NCBI GenBank assembly: GCA_029717555.1
Contig: JAMDHS010000082.1
Coordinates: forward strand, 62,001-90,313
Reading direction: 5' to 3'
DNA length: 28,313 nucleotides
DNA from: Peribolospora baueri
Taxonomy: Eukaryota
The first letter of the stretch is position 1; each line of letters begins with the position of its first letter. A program made the position numbers and the translations under genes. Below the pieces are notes generated by a model that did not search any database, was not told the origin of the DNA, and saw only the letters and a program-made list of their open reading frames with translations. Positions 11,827 to 25,591 of this stretch are shown one piece after another.

Positions 11827-12774
11827 GTTTCCGTTTGTGCGCCGCCGTGGAGCGAGTCAGGTATGTAGGAGCTGCCGGGAGACAAGTGAAGGGCGAGGAG
11901 GAGGAGGAAGAGACGTGCAGGCGAGAGGAGAAGACGTTGGAGTACCGACCGAGCCCGCCGCCAGCTATGGACCCACGACCGCATCGTCCGGTGCGTATAT
12001 AAGCTCACTGTCCTCCGCACCGGAAGTCGGTCCGGTGGGCGGTTCGTGACGGAGGAAATTCGCCGATGTGGGGAAGAACGTGGCAGATAACCGACGGACG
12101 GTAAAGTCGGTGGCATCGGAGAGACCATCGATGATTACGGGCTGGATTGCGAGGGTTCGGCAAGACACGGACCTCGATGGCAACGGCTGAGCATGATGAA
12201 CATCGCCAACGTCGCGCAACCCCCTTTCGCTTTCGAGCGGTGTCATCGCGCTCAAGAGAGCCACACGTAGCTCAGTCTTTACGGAGCACCAGCCAAGCCA
12301 GCCTGACCTCCACCTCGCAACTGACAGACACGAAGATGGGCATCTTGCGCTTGGCTCGCCGCCTTCGCCGATCGTACTGACGGATGCAGGAAGTGTTAGG
12401 AGAAGTCGGGAGGAATTTTGGGAATGTGGTCCCTCTTCTTGCCATCCCGACCAGAATCTGGCAGGGGAAGGAGGAAAGCATGGTAGATTCAGAGCGTAGA
12501 GGCATGAGTGGGCAAGGTAAGGCAAGGTAGGCTGTGACTGCCGCAACTCATGCTCCTTGATACGTTCTAATGGACATGGCACGTTGGTTGTCTGTCGTGC
12601 TCGACAGGACAGTCCTCGACGCGCGATCTTCGGTGGTATGTCCGCGCAGAACGCTGAATTCCTTCATCGAGCCATTGACGCTTCGAGGCCTCAGTGTTTC
12701 TTCTGGGCGGATGAACAGCGTCGTAGCACGCAGAACCCGTACTCGTACAAGGAGGGGACCATCCCCGGCTAGCC

Positions 12775-15511
12775 TTAACGGACTTTGTAGCACTGCACCT
12801 TCCTTCCAGCCTTGGGCCCCTCCCCTTCGCCACCCGCCCGCTCTATCTCCCAGTGAATCTCCACATCGAGCTCCCGCGAGTTGTTCTCGCTTTTGTTCAC
12901 GTGCACCTCCCCACTCACAATGTCTCCCTTCTTCAGCTCCGCCCACTCGGACGGTGGAAGGAGGAAGACGGTCTGCTTCCAATGAGTCGGCTTGCCCCGG
13001 GGCCCCGTGGTGAAAGAGATACGCTGTCCTTCTCCGCCGTTTTGGGCTTGAGGCGCATCGGACGCCGCCACGCCGTTCTTCTCAGAGTTGGCAGAACCCA
13101 GTCCGACAAGCACGTCTTGCACCGGGGGCTCCACCATACAAACCGCGTCTGCGGGAATCGGCTCTCCCCTGGGATCGAACCACGTGTCGAACCACGACAA
13201 GAACCCATGCAACTTTGCCGTCTCCCGCGTAGCGGTCAGGGCGAACTGGCTAACGAAGGAGAGCTGAGAAGTGCGGATAGTTTGGAGGGGAAGGTCCTGG
13301 GCGGAGCGGAAAGATTGGGATGGGTAGGGCAGGAGGTTAATGCAGAGTTATTTGGAGATGTCGCCAAGATATAGCAAAATGCAAGGACAAGGCTGAGAAT
13401 AGCATATGGGCGCAGCGGGGGGCAAGCGGGCGGCAACAGACGGTGGCTGGAAGCAGAGATGATTGATTCATGAAAATCTCGCTCACTTTGATAGTCGCCG
13501 TACTCGAGATGATAGTTTCCGGCTCAACCACTTCCGTCATGGCGTCATCCACCACGCCGTCTTTCATGGCATTCATTTTGAATCCTGAGATTGTGTTGGC
13601 GATGGCCGCAAGCGTATTAGCCTCGTCCTTCCTCTCGAAGCAAGCTCAACTTGAATGAACGCGGGAACGCAAGCACGTATAAATCCTCCCGCTCACCGTG
13701 CACGTCCTCCCAAAACCCGAGCTTGTCGTCTACGAACTCATCCGACTCGAATGCGGATAGGAGCATCCTGCATTGGCTCGGAGCCATGAGGCCTCCTTTG
13801 CGCAGGTAGCGGTCGCGGGCCCAGAGGACAGAATCGAGCATGGACTCGTACAGGAGGAAGTAGCCCTATGAAGTATGAAATATGTTAGACAATACGATTG
13901 GGTCAGTCAACCGGGCAGACGCATAACAGATTGCCAAGGCGGGCTTATCATGTGGTACAATGGACCACGAACCGTCAGCTGCGCGAACGACTCACCATCC
14001 ACTCGCTAACAATGATATCAACTTTTTCCCCCTCTCCCAAACCCAGATCCACCTCCTCGATCTTCCCCCTCCTAACCTCTACCACCCCCTCCCACCCATT
14101 CTCCCTCACATTCCTCCTGGCTTTCTCCACAATATCGCTAGCATCCACCGCGATGACCTTCTTCGCTCCCGCGCGAGCGCAAAAGAGCGATAGGATACCG
14201 GTTCCGCAGCCTACGTCGAGAACTGTCGCACCCTGCAAACGGTGCGCGTTGGAAGGGTGAAGGAGGAAGTGGCCATAGGAGAGCGTCCGCACCGAGTCTG
14301 TAGTAGGAACGTGGAGGTAGAGTTGAGGAGAGCGTCTGAGCGGCGAAAACCGTAATAAGGAAAACTTACCGCGGATCATCGTCTGGTGTATCTCGTTCTC
14401 CTCGTAACTGTGGAAATAGTGCGTATCGTCGTCCCTCGCCGGTTCATCCACCCTCCCTTTACCCTTGCCCTCGTTCCTGTCTTTGTCCTCACCAATCCAA
14501 TCCCCTTGACGTCCAGAGCTCGAAGCACCGCCGGTGCCATCGGCCAATGAGGGGGCGGCTATATCGTCGACTTCGAGACCCATCGCGGACGCCCACCTTC
14601 GCCTCATCTCCGCCGCTTCGGCTCGAGAAAATGCGAGGGCGGACTCTAGCGCCTCGATGCGATTTACGAAACCCTTGTTCGTCGTACTCGATCCGTCCTT
14701 CGCTATTGACGAGTCTTTCCAGAACTCATTTCGAGTCTGTGAGACGGAGACGATGTCATCCTCATTTCCAAAGTCCTCGTCAAAGCTTACTTGCAGCATT
14801 CGATCGTCTTCAATGACCGGCATCAGGTACGCGTCGTCCGTCAAAAAGGTCTCCGTGCCCGCAAGGTTGGCTATTACCGAGGTATCGGGTTTCTGTTCCG
14901 ATGGAATGTACATGAGACAGCACGGGTAAAAAAGACAGTTTCTTAAGCCAAATACTCCTGTTACTGGACATCAGAGAAGAGTTCTCTAGTTCCCATTAGC
15001 GCACGAACCTCTTTCCTGATGTAGTTGATGAGCCGGATCATCTGGAGAGCGTCGAGGTCTGCAAAAGCTCAATTGAAAAGCCCGACGGTTAACATCATAG
15101 GAGACGTTTACACTGTGCACAAGGGGGCTTCCTCGGTGTCTGTTAGGGGTTTTGCGAAAACCCCCGCTCGCAGACGTCCAGAGCCAGGCCAGGGACACAC
15201 TTACCGAGCTTCGCGCCGATGGCTTTCAGATCGACACCCTGCTTATTAGCTGCTTCGAGTGCCTCCTGAGGGTTCTTGAGTATACTCTCTCCAAACAATT
15301 CGAGCGTCGCCTGCGCTCCCTCATCCTCCACCCAGCCGTCACAGTTGTTGTCCTCTTCGGCAAATGCTTCGTCGCCGGACGAGGAGGTCTCGGAGCCTGA
15401 TAGTGTGGAGGCAGAGTCTCCGTCGTCCACGCTCTCCCGCCGCCCGAGGTGGGCATTCGGGACGGCTGGGGAAGCATTTGACGACGTAGCGGGATCGAGA
15501 CGGTAGCTCAT
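12775..15511 (-). CDS. RMT3: Type I protein arginine N-methyltransferase, PRMT3/Rmt3-like
   Basis: 7 exons. Acidic N-terminus, LDALQMIRLINYIRK and DDAYLMPVIEDDRML (PRMT3-type N-terminal elements), YFHSY..H..MIRDSVRT, VLDVGCGTGILSLF (motif I), [22 protein letters not shown] (double-E loop), TTGPRGKPTHWKQT (THW loop). Confidence 0.92.
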
Positions 15512-15737
15512 CTCCAGTCAGCTGAGTCTTGGAGGAAGATGAGAATCTCGTGCGAGCCGAGAATAATAAGATGTCAGATCGACTTTCTTCGTCACCGCAG
15601 TCTTTCGCTTACGTTGGCCACGTGGCTTCGATGCGATTCTGAACTGCGCTGAGCAACGGACGATGTAAACATACAGACGTGAACGGCTCCTCGACTTGCT
15701 TTGATCCCACAACGCTTTTCTCTTCACCCATCGCACC
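15512..15737. promoter_or_regulatory. Probable bidirectional promoter between RMT3 and UBC1
   Basis: Only 226 bp separate the two divergent start codons; contains the palindrome GCCACGTGGC (CACGTG core) near 15617-15626. Confidence 0.65.
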
Positions 15738-17466
<1,729 letters not shown>

Positions 17467-17890
17467 CCACTTAAAACCTCTCCCACCCACCCTTTCTTCA
17501 TTAACTCGACCCGACTGCTCTCCCGCTCCTGATCCATATGTACCATCATCGTCATTATCATGATCCCCATTGGTCACCAACCGTATGCGCGCGTTTGACC
17601 TGAACTTGTAAAAGGAACGAAGGAGTCGTGTCTTCTACAACCTGACCTGGCCGCTTGCGGACTGGTTTGATGGGGTCGTGCGGAAGCCTGGCGTTCAACT
17701 TCTTGGCTTTTCTTACGAGAGGGTACCGTCGATGCGAGAAGGAGTGGTTGCGACTGAGCAGTTAACCAGGAGCTGCTACTAATGGCACGGGCCTCAGGCC
17801 GTCTGAGAAAGGGAGAGTTGTTCTCTTACTCATGTACAAGACAAAAGTCGCTGGATAGTTACTGTACATGTCCTCGCAATAGCGGCGCGG

Positions 17891-18915
17891 TCATTTGGAG
17901 ACCTCGTGTTCGGCGAGTAGCTTTAGAGCAGCAAGGAAGGACAGACGAGCGCATTGATCAGTACCATCTGTAATGGTCAGACACCGGGTGTACAACCAGC
18001 CTCAATAAGAATGCTGTGCGGGACATACCATATTTGGAATGCCGCTTTTGATTTGGTATACGTGCTTGCAGTTGGGACACACCATCGAACCTTCTTGGAC
18101 GTGGATCTGCAGCGTAGTCAGGAGGACGATTTGAAGAATAACCAGATAGATCAAAGCGCCAGATTAGATGAAGGGCTTCAGGATGGTTAATGGGGATGAG
18201 TAGAGAGAGCATTGCGATATATGCGACGACGCACTTCCAATAGAACATGATGCAGAGCCTCCAGGAGACCTTCGTCTATCATCGGATTTGATGGGTCCGG
18301 ACCCATCTCAGGAAGAGACGTGTCGCCAAGCTAGAGGGAAAAGAGAGATAGAAGAGCAGACGAATACCATGGATAGAAAGTGCGCAGGAATGAGCACGAT
18401 GTAACTCGAGCAAAAGGTTGGCGCTCAGTCCGAGTCGAGAGGGGCGCGCGCGTCCTGGTCAAATCTGACTCCGCCACAGTCCACCTAAATCAATGGCAGC
18501 GCTACCCAACGCCACATACTCTATCTCCCACCCAGACTTCCAACTTCCAAAGCCTCAACACACCCGAACGCTCCTCCATGCCTTCACCTCTCTCGTCCTC
18601 TCTGCCAAACTCACCTGCTTCGCCGCACCAACAAGAGCCGCCCAATCGATCTTTGGCAAAAAATTCCTCAGAAACTCCTCGTTCATCTCTGTCTCCACTA
18701 TCTCCGTCTGGACATCGTCGGAGAAGACGAGGGGAAAGTTGTTGGAGGTGCAGCCTCGGGCGTGGCAGGCCAAGAGGTTGTGGGTTAGGAGTCGGACCTG
18801 TGAGGAAAAGAAGTTACATGAGCGCCGGTTCATCCTCCACATCTTAAGACAAGAAGTGCGCTTAAGTTTCGCTGCTTTGACTGAGTACTTCGCTACATGT
18901 CAAATCACCCACCAT
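17891..18915 (-). CDS. TRM112: Trm112 multifunctional methyltransferase activator subunit
   Basis: 5 exons; first coding exon is only the ATG (18915-18913). M|VRLLTHNLLACHARGCTSNNFPL...FLRNFLPKIDWAAL...|LGDTSLPE...LHHVLLE|IHVQEGSMVCPNCKHVYQIKSGIPNM|LLAEHEVSK*; four candidate Zn-ligand Cys retained. Confidence 0.93.
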
Positions 18916-19196
18916 GACGGGTGAGAGCCTGGCGTCGGTAGCCTGACTTGGTTCACTCGTACTCTTTGCCTCTTCGTCTGGAGACTGGAGAAGGTTGGGC
19001 TCGCTCATTTCGAATAGACTGCGGCAACTTCGTATCCGACCGCCTATTCCCGTCGATTTGCGCCAAACAAATGGCCCTCTATCTGATATCTAACATGAGT
19101 TCTCGACTCACGCCATCTACGACCGGCCGTCTGTCCGTTCGTCTCGATCCCTTTTCCTCTTTGTCCTCCCCTGCCACGGAACGTCTAACTACCGAA
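18916..19196. promoter_or_regulatory. Probable bidirectional promoter between TRM112 and BOL2
   Basis: 281 bp between divergent start codons; CT-rich tract ahead of the BolA ATG. Confidence 0.6.
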
Positions 19197-20016
19197 ATGC
19201 CGATCACATCAGAACAGCTGGAGGCGGCGATCCGGAACAAGTTTGCGGATAAGGGAGAGCTGCAAAAGGTGCTCGTTTTCGACGTCAGCGGCGGGTGTGG
19301 ACAGGTGAGTTTGAGCGGATTTGATCATTTGTATGGGCTGATTTATATGTGAAAGGAGAAGGGAGGGGGTAGGGGTGGTGGTGGTGAAAGAGACTGCTGG
19401 AAGGAGCATAGATATCAACAAGATCACATAGGAGGGATTAAATGTTTGCGCAGGCGAAACGCGATCTTTGACGGCTCTGCCCCTTCTGCATGCCCCTGCG
19501 CCTTCCTTATTTTGCCGACAAACATGCACAGGCATACGAGGTGGTGATTGTTTCTCCGGTATTTGAAGGCATGCCGACGTTGAAGCGACACAGGATGAGT
19601 GAGTCGGCATCGCCAGTCCCACTGGTTGACTTGGTTATCGCTCTGTCTCATTCCCCCCCTCCTGCCCATCATCTCCCCCGTTTCCACCCCTGCCTTCCCA
19701 GTCAACGAGATGCTGAAAGACGAGATCGCCGAACTGCACGCCTTTACTCAAGTGGGCTTTATTCTCTTCTCTTTGTCCTGTTATCGCCCATAGCGTTCGG
19801 GCGAAAATGATTGTTTAGCTGACCGCTCCTGGCCTTCCACAATTCAACCTGTTCGAGCAGAGATCTCTAACGCCTGCTCAAGCTGAGGTAGGTCCGGTTT
19901 CCGACGACGAGACGCGCGAGCATGCTGGTTGATTTTAATCTCCTCATTCCATACTTTGTCGTCCGTATCGCGTCTCCTGGCTTCACCAGGGCAAGACGTG
20001 GACAGCACCTTCGTAG
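19197..20016 (+). CDS. BOL2: BolA-family protein, BolA2/Fra2 type
   Basis: MPITSEQLEAAIRNKF...VFDVSGGCGQ|AYEVVIVSPVFEGMPTLKRHRM|INEMLKDEIAELHAFTQ|RSLTPAQAE|GKTWTAPS*. The SGGCG motif, invariant His and absence of a presequence fit cytosolic BolA2. The last exon (19990-20016) is less certain. Confidence 0.88.
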
Positions 20017-20411
20017 CTCCCAACCTTTTTTTTTCTTTGCATATCTCCTCAAGTGCTGGAAAAAACCTTTGCTTTGGCCCCGGCATCATGATCCTAATCG
20101 CCGAGCAAGCGACTGCGACCGACCGACGAGCTATGCCGCCACTCGGCGGACAAGACGTGAAAACAATTCCATGCATTATATAGGAATGATGCGGGGGATC
20201 GGATGGGAGATATGAACGGACAGGCAAGGAGTACGATTCCGCGGTGTCCACGAAAACAGGAGATGACACAGAGTATCACTATCGACACATCGATGGATGA
20301 CTCGCTTCTTGTCTCCTCTTCCTTCAATGGGAAATAGAAACCGGAAGGATTGAGGTATCTGCCACCTTTTCGTCCTTGTGGGACCTCACCACGTTGTCGG
20401 CCGTGACGGTG

Positions 20412-21713
20412 TCACGCCGCTTCGTCTCCGACCTTCGGGGTCGCGTCAGGCTCATCAGCCGACGACATCGTTGTGGCGGCCGAAAGTCGGACGGCGGAGG
20501 ACTTGGCATTGGCGGATGGGTAGGCGAGTTCGACGGCGGTGCGCATCTCGTCGGTGAAAAACATGAAGAAGCACATCGTGGCCAGACACCCACCAGCGAC
20601 GACGTCGATGAGGTAGTGGTGTGTGAGGTACATAGTACTCCAGTAGAGCCAGAAGACGTACGTCCAGTACGCATAGCGGATCTTTCCGTTCCAGAGAGGG
20701 AAAAAGTAGGAGAAGAAGAGCGCTTCAATCGTGGCGTGACCAGCGTGGAGGGAGGGGAAGGCACCGAAGACCATGGGAGCGGAGGAGAAGGTGGACGTAT
20801 ATGTCTTGTTGCCGAAGATGGCGTCAATTCTCGCTAGACCGCCCGGCGAGCCGGGCATGCCGTAGTGGGCCGGGGTCAGTCCTTCGCGAAGTTCGTACCC
20901 TAGTGACGAGTAAATAAAGGGGGGGGGGCAAAGGCGGAGACAAAAATTGGACCATAAGTCAGAAGATGCTAAGGTCGGCAGTCCACGGCACGGGTGGCAC
21001 GTCTACTCACACGGCGGAGCGCAGGGGAACAAGATCTGGGTCATGACACCGAACAGGTTCATGAACCCAAAAGCGTCCGCAAACACCTTGACGCTCTTTG
21101 GAGGGCCGAAGACAAAGAGCAGGGCGGCAAGGACGAAGGGGCATCCGAAGTGAATGATGCCGTAGGGGAGCCAAGCGAGAATGTCGAGGATCGGGTTGGT
21201 GACGCGGGTGAGGATGTCGCTGATGTTCTCACCGTACCACACTCGTTCCAGCGTGGGGAGAACGGAAACCCAGATGTGTGGCCGCCATGATTCGGGCACT
21301 GCCCGAGGGACGAAGCGAGAAGAATAGAAGAGGAGGAGCCAACAAAAGATGGGGCTCGCGGGGAGAAAAAACTGAGAGGTGAGCGGGACGAGGATGGTGA
21401 CGGCGTAGAGGAGGGGGATGAGGAGTTTGTAAGGGAACGCGGGCGTTTCGATGACATAGAGGCTGAAGAGGGCCACGGACGCCATCCCTCCCCATCGAAT
21501 GTAAGCCGGCGTCGTCCACTTGTACGCCCGAAGTCGTTCGATGGACAGCGACGGCGAGAGGTCGGTCTCTAATCGGCTGGCGGCGCGAAGGACGGCGTCG
21601 AAGAGGGCGGTCAACGGAGAAGGTAACCGGCGGCGGAAGGAGCCATACCCGGAGGGGTACGACAAGGTGTCCATGGCCCGTGAGCGGGATGTTGATGTAT
21701 TGAGAGGGCGCAT
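20412..21713 (-). CDS. AUR1: Inositol phosphorylceramide synthase (aureobasidin A target)
   Basis: Two exons (21713-21011, 20899-20412). RPHIWVSVLPTLE..WYGENISDIL, LDILAWLPYGIIHF, FPCAPPWYE, MPGSPGGLARID, FGAFPSLHAG, STMYLTHHYLID (catalytic His/His/Asp). The start could alternatively be the second Met (MDTLSY). Confidence 0.94.
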
Positions 21714-22804
21714 CCTTGGACGGCCGAGCTCAGGTCGGGCGAGAAGGAAGCTGACCTCGTTGGGTCGCGGGCGGCCCGAGCCGCAGTCAGTAAGGTGATG
21801 CTGCGGCGCGCAGTATCGCTCCCTTCAGTTTCGAGATCGATCGCGATGTCTCATATTCTAACGGTCACTGGTGGGTTGGCCTGGCCATCTATCTCTCTTT
21901 CATCCAACTCTTTCAGACAGACTTCTTCGTCCGTCGACATCGTGCTCATCGTCCCCGTCCGTCGTCCTAGGGACAGAGTAAGAAGGAGGGATATAGCTGT
22001 TTCTGAGGGGACCAACATTCGACGCCTTGTTTCGTTTCCAAGTTTGTGCCGCCATCCAGGAAGGGATCATAGCTCAGATACCTCCTGAGCCGTATGGATC
22101 TGGCGAAGCCAATCTCCTCCTCAACAGCTCTCCTCTCCGCACAGTTCGCAATTTCGCCAATTCAAACCATATGAACAACTTCAAACTATGGGGCCGGTCC
22201 TTTTCCTCGCGGGGGCCCACAACCAGCCCAGCCGCGTTAGCCGTGGGGATGCTTTCATTCCGCGAGCGAGCCCCACATTCTTCAGTCCCCCATGACCATA
22301 TCACCAGATCACCGGACTGGTGGACTGATGACGGCCAGAGGGCAGCCACGGCGGACCACCACGCCGCTCCGCGTCTTGGAATCGACACTCACACGAAAAG
22401 AAAAATTCGTCTTTCGTATCAAATCGGCGTCATTGGGTCGAGCGACGGCGTCCAAGACGAAGGGGAAATTGCAATTGGAATTGCAAAATCGAAATCCGAC
22501 GAGAAAGAAAGACCGCGCAAAGACAAAGAAAAAACCCGTGTAAAAGAACGGAGAAGAGAGGGGAAGCCCAAAAGGAGAAAGGAGAACGAAAAGGGTAAAG
22601 GGAGTTCGACGTGCGTACGAACGAAGGATGTGACGGAAAAGCCCAAAATAACGGAAGGAGGGAGAAGAGAGGAGAAGATCGTAGCTTGGAGAGCGAGGGG
22701 AGGAGGGATAAGACGTCCAAATGGAGGCGTCCGCGGCCGGAATTCCAAGACGGAGCAAGAGCAAAATCGACGAGCTGAGCCGGGCCGGGCTGATGAGAAA
22801 AAGA

Positions 22805-24310
22805 TCACCAACTCTCGTGGCCTCCGCTGACGAAAACGTCCGAACCAGTGACAAAAGAGCTAGAATCGCTGGCGAGCCAGACGGCTGCGCCGCGGATCTC
22901 GGAGGTCCTGCCGATCCGGCCAAGGGGGTTCATCGATGCCCACTTCTCTTCCATGCCCGGGACCTTGTCGAGGAGGACGTTGGTCATCCTAGCAAGATGG
23001 CGATGGCGTCAGAAAAGGGTGAGGAAGGACAGGCGGAAGGAAGTGGCTCGCTTACTTGGTGCGGATGTGACCGGGGGACAAACTGTTGCACCTGATCTTC
23101 TTCGGTCCCAACTCGCACGCCAGACTGCGTGCCATCTGTACGACAGCGGCTGGGCACAAGGGAAGACGGGGAACCGGATTCGTCAGACGAAGCGTTCAGC
23201 ACAAAAACGCTCTCGAGGGGTTTGTTTGTCTGCTCACATTTGCTCGAGTTGTAAGGCACCCAGTGCATGTCCCGGTTGGCGATGCTGCCGGACATGGAGG
23301 CGACGAGGATGATCGAGCCTCCTTCGTTCATCCTCCGAGCCGCCGCTTGAGCAGTGAAGAAAACTGGCAGGAGGGATGGGGAAAAGGTGAGAAAAGAACA
23401 ACCGATGCGCAGGAAGGGAGGAGGAAGAAAGCAGCAACCCACCTCCGTTGGCATTGACGTCGAACACCTTCCTAAACTCCTCCGGGGGATAGTCGAGGGC
23501 GTCCCACTTGGTCTGCAGAATGCCAGCTGCGGCGACGCAGACGTCCAGCCTTCCGGCCTCGTTCTTGATGTGCTCCATCACCTCGTTGAGGTTGTCCGGT
23601 TTGGTGACGTCCGTCTGGCCTATGTAGTGGAGGGTGCGCTTGGGGTGGAAGTGGGAGACGTGGTTGGCGATGTGATTGAAGTCATCCGAAGGCGTGGGGG
23701 GCAGGCTAGAATCCCGGTGCAAAGGTCAGAGGACGCTGGGCACGGTGGAACGAACTTGGGTCGGCCAGCGAGACCGGAGGACTCACTCGAGCACGTACAC
23801 GTCCGCCCCGGCCTCGGCAAAGGCGAGGCCCATTTCGAGACCCAATCCGCCGTTGCCACCGGTGATGACGGCGACCTTGCCTTCGAGACTAAACTCGCCA
23901 AAGATGGTCGGGTTGGTGAGCTCCTCGCCGATCATGCCTTTGCGAGCGGGCGTCTTGCGTTTACCACCGCCGCCGTCAGGGTCGACGTGTTCGAATCCGA
24001 CGGGAGCGTCGTCGATGGAGCAAGAGCGGCCGGCGGCGACGCGCCTGAGCACCGCATCCATGCCCACGTCCTCCGTGTTCGGCTTGGAGGGGGGGGCGGT
24101 GGAGGAGAGCAGGTTGAGGCGGGGCGGCGTGGGCGTGGGCTTTGCGCGCGCGGACGTTGGCGTGGGCTTTGTGCGGGCTGAGGAGGTGGTGAAGTGGGCG
24201 GAGAGGGGAAGGGAGCATGAGCGAGAGAGGCCGGGAGGCGAGCGAAGAGCGGCTGCGACGGGGGAGATGAGGCGGCGAGCGGGCGCTCTTTGCAGGGCGA
24301 TGTAGGCCAT
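22805..24310 (-). CDS. SDR oxidoreductase of the polyol dehydrogenase / sorbose reductase-like group with long N-terminal extension
   Basis: 5 exons. Arg/Ser/Ala-rich N-terminus, then FSLEGKVAVITGGNGGLG, GRLDVCVAAAGI, GSIILVASMSGSIANR, YNSSKSAVVQMARSLACE, CNSLSPGHIRT, NPLGRIG, WLASDSSSFVTGSDVFVSGGHESW*. The ASMSG...YNxSK pattern is typical of fungal arabinitol/mannitol/sorbose SDRs; substrate is not determinable. Confidence 0.88.
24126..24180 (-). repeat. 27-bp coding duplication (SARTKPTPT / SARAKPTPT) in the SDR N-terminal extension
   Basis: ggcgtgggctttg recurs with 27-bp spacing on the plus strand. Confidence 0.75.
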
Positions 24311-25591
24311 GGTGGGGCTTGTCTAGGGGGCTCGGACGACGGTGGCGAGTCGGTGTCGCTGTGGGAGAGGTATAGAAGAGATGGTTGCCAAGAGGAGAGC
24401 GGAAGGAGCGTCCGGGGGTATGTGTGGCCTGGGGGAAGGTCCTGCTAGACATCGAGTGGGGGAGGGCTAGACATCCATCGAACCCGGTATTTATCCTTAT
24501 CGCTGTCGTCTTGGCTGTCGTCTCCTCTCCTCTCCACCTCGCGGTGTCGGACTGATCGACGTGGCGAGTTCGATCTCGCGGGGAACGGTGCGGGGTAAGG
24601 ACAGATGACTTGCAGAGGGGCCCCCGCGCCGCGGGCGATTATGCGCCACGCGCGGTCGCCGTGTCTTGATGGACGGTGGAGGCCGAGGAGGGCACGAGCG
24701 CCGATCGACATGCGCCCGTCCATACGTCCGCCGGCAAGTCTGTCCATCGTTCTTTGGAACATTCGTCGGTGGGCAGAAAGAAGGCCGCGACGGTGAATTG
24801 GTGAGTTGGCATGGAGGCCGATGCGATGCGAGTGGCGGGGCGAGCGAAGGACGGCGAGTAGGCAGGCACCACCGCCGGTGACAAACGGCGGCTGCGACGG
24901 CGACGACGACGGCGCTCGCTCTTGCTGTCGCCCCCCACGCTCAGCTCGGCGTCAAGACGATGGTCGTCGGCGATCATCGTCTGTCGCTTGCTCGCCGTCG
25001 CCGTCTCGGTCTCGGGGTCCAACGAGGACAGCATCGATCGATCGCGTGGCTTGCAAACAAGCGCGGCCAGACACGAACCGACACATATTCTGTTATGTGC
25101 CTTCCTCCTTGACTCATTCATTTGTGCCAACGACGACCCGGCCGTCGGGTTGGAGAGCGAGAGCACGACCAGAGAAGGACCCGCCGCAGGGGTGAGGGAC
25201 ACACGGCTGGCTGGACGGCGTATATTTCTGCGCTGGGTGTGTGTCGCGTGCGCTCGACGCGAACCGGCCGCCCTCGCCGTCGGTCCCGTTCAAGCCGGCG
25301 GTGCGACGTGTCAAGTGACCATCGATCGATCGCTTCGTGGAATATGCACGCTTCGCATGTCGCTCTCGCCGATGTTAAAGTCCAGCACAAGTAGACAGAC
25401 AGACACTCACTCAGACGGCCGCCGTGGACGTCGACATGACGTTGAACGTTGAACACACTCCCTCACCTCCTTCTGCATGGCGACTGCGCAAAACAAAGAT
25501 AGGAGCCACAGCTCCCATGGCATCCCAGCTCGCCCCCAAGCACAACTTGCCTGGACTCGCCTCGATCAACTCGAGAGGCCTGCGTTGCATC

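Noticed and set aside
12187..12306. ATGATGA (box C-like) with downstream CTGA; AGCGAAAGG on the minus strand resembling a TPP riboswitch 3' end
   Set aside because: No terminal stem or guide for a snoRNA, and the rest of the TPP aptamer core is absent.
17713..17782. Alternative TRM112 last exon starting LL after TAGTAGCAG
   Set aside because: The exon at 17920-17891 gives the conserved LLAEHE ending; the alternative has no support beyond two Leu codons.
18331..18614. Longest TRM112 intron as a possible C/D snoRNA host (GCGCT...CTGA-GCGC)
   Set aside because: Best box C candidate TTGATTT lacks the essential GA and I recognise no rRNA guide; an Rfam/snoscan search would settle it.
22027..22923. 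Lys/Glu/Arg-rich 267-aa plus ORF and Phe/Ser/Leu-rich minus ORFs
   Set aside because: Compositional artefact of a purine/pyrimidine-skewed 3' UTR and intergenic region.
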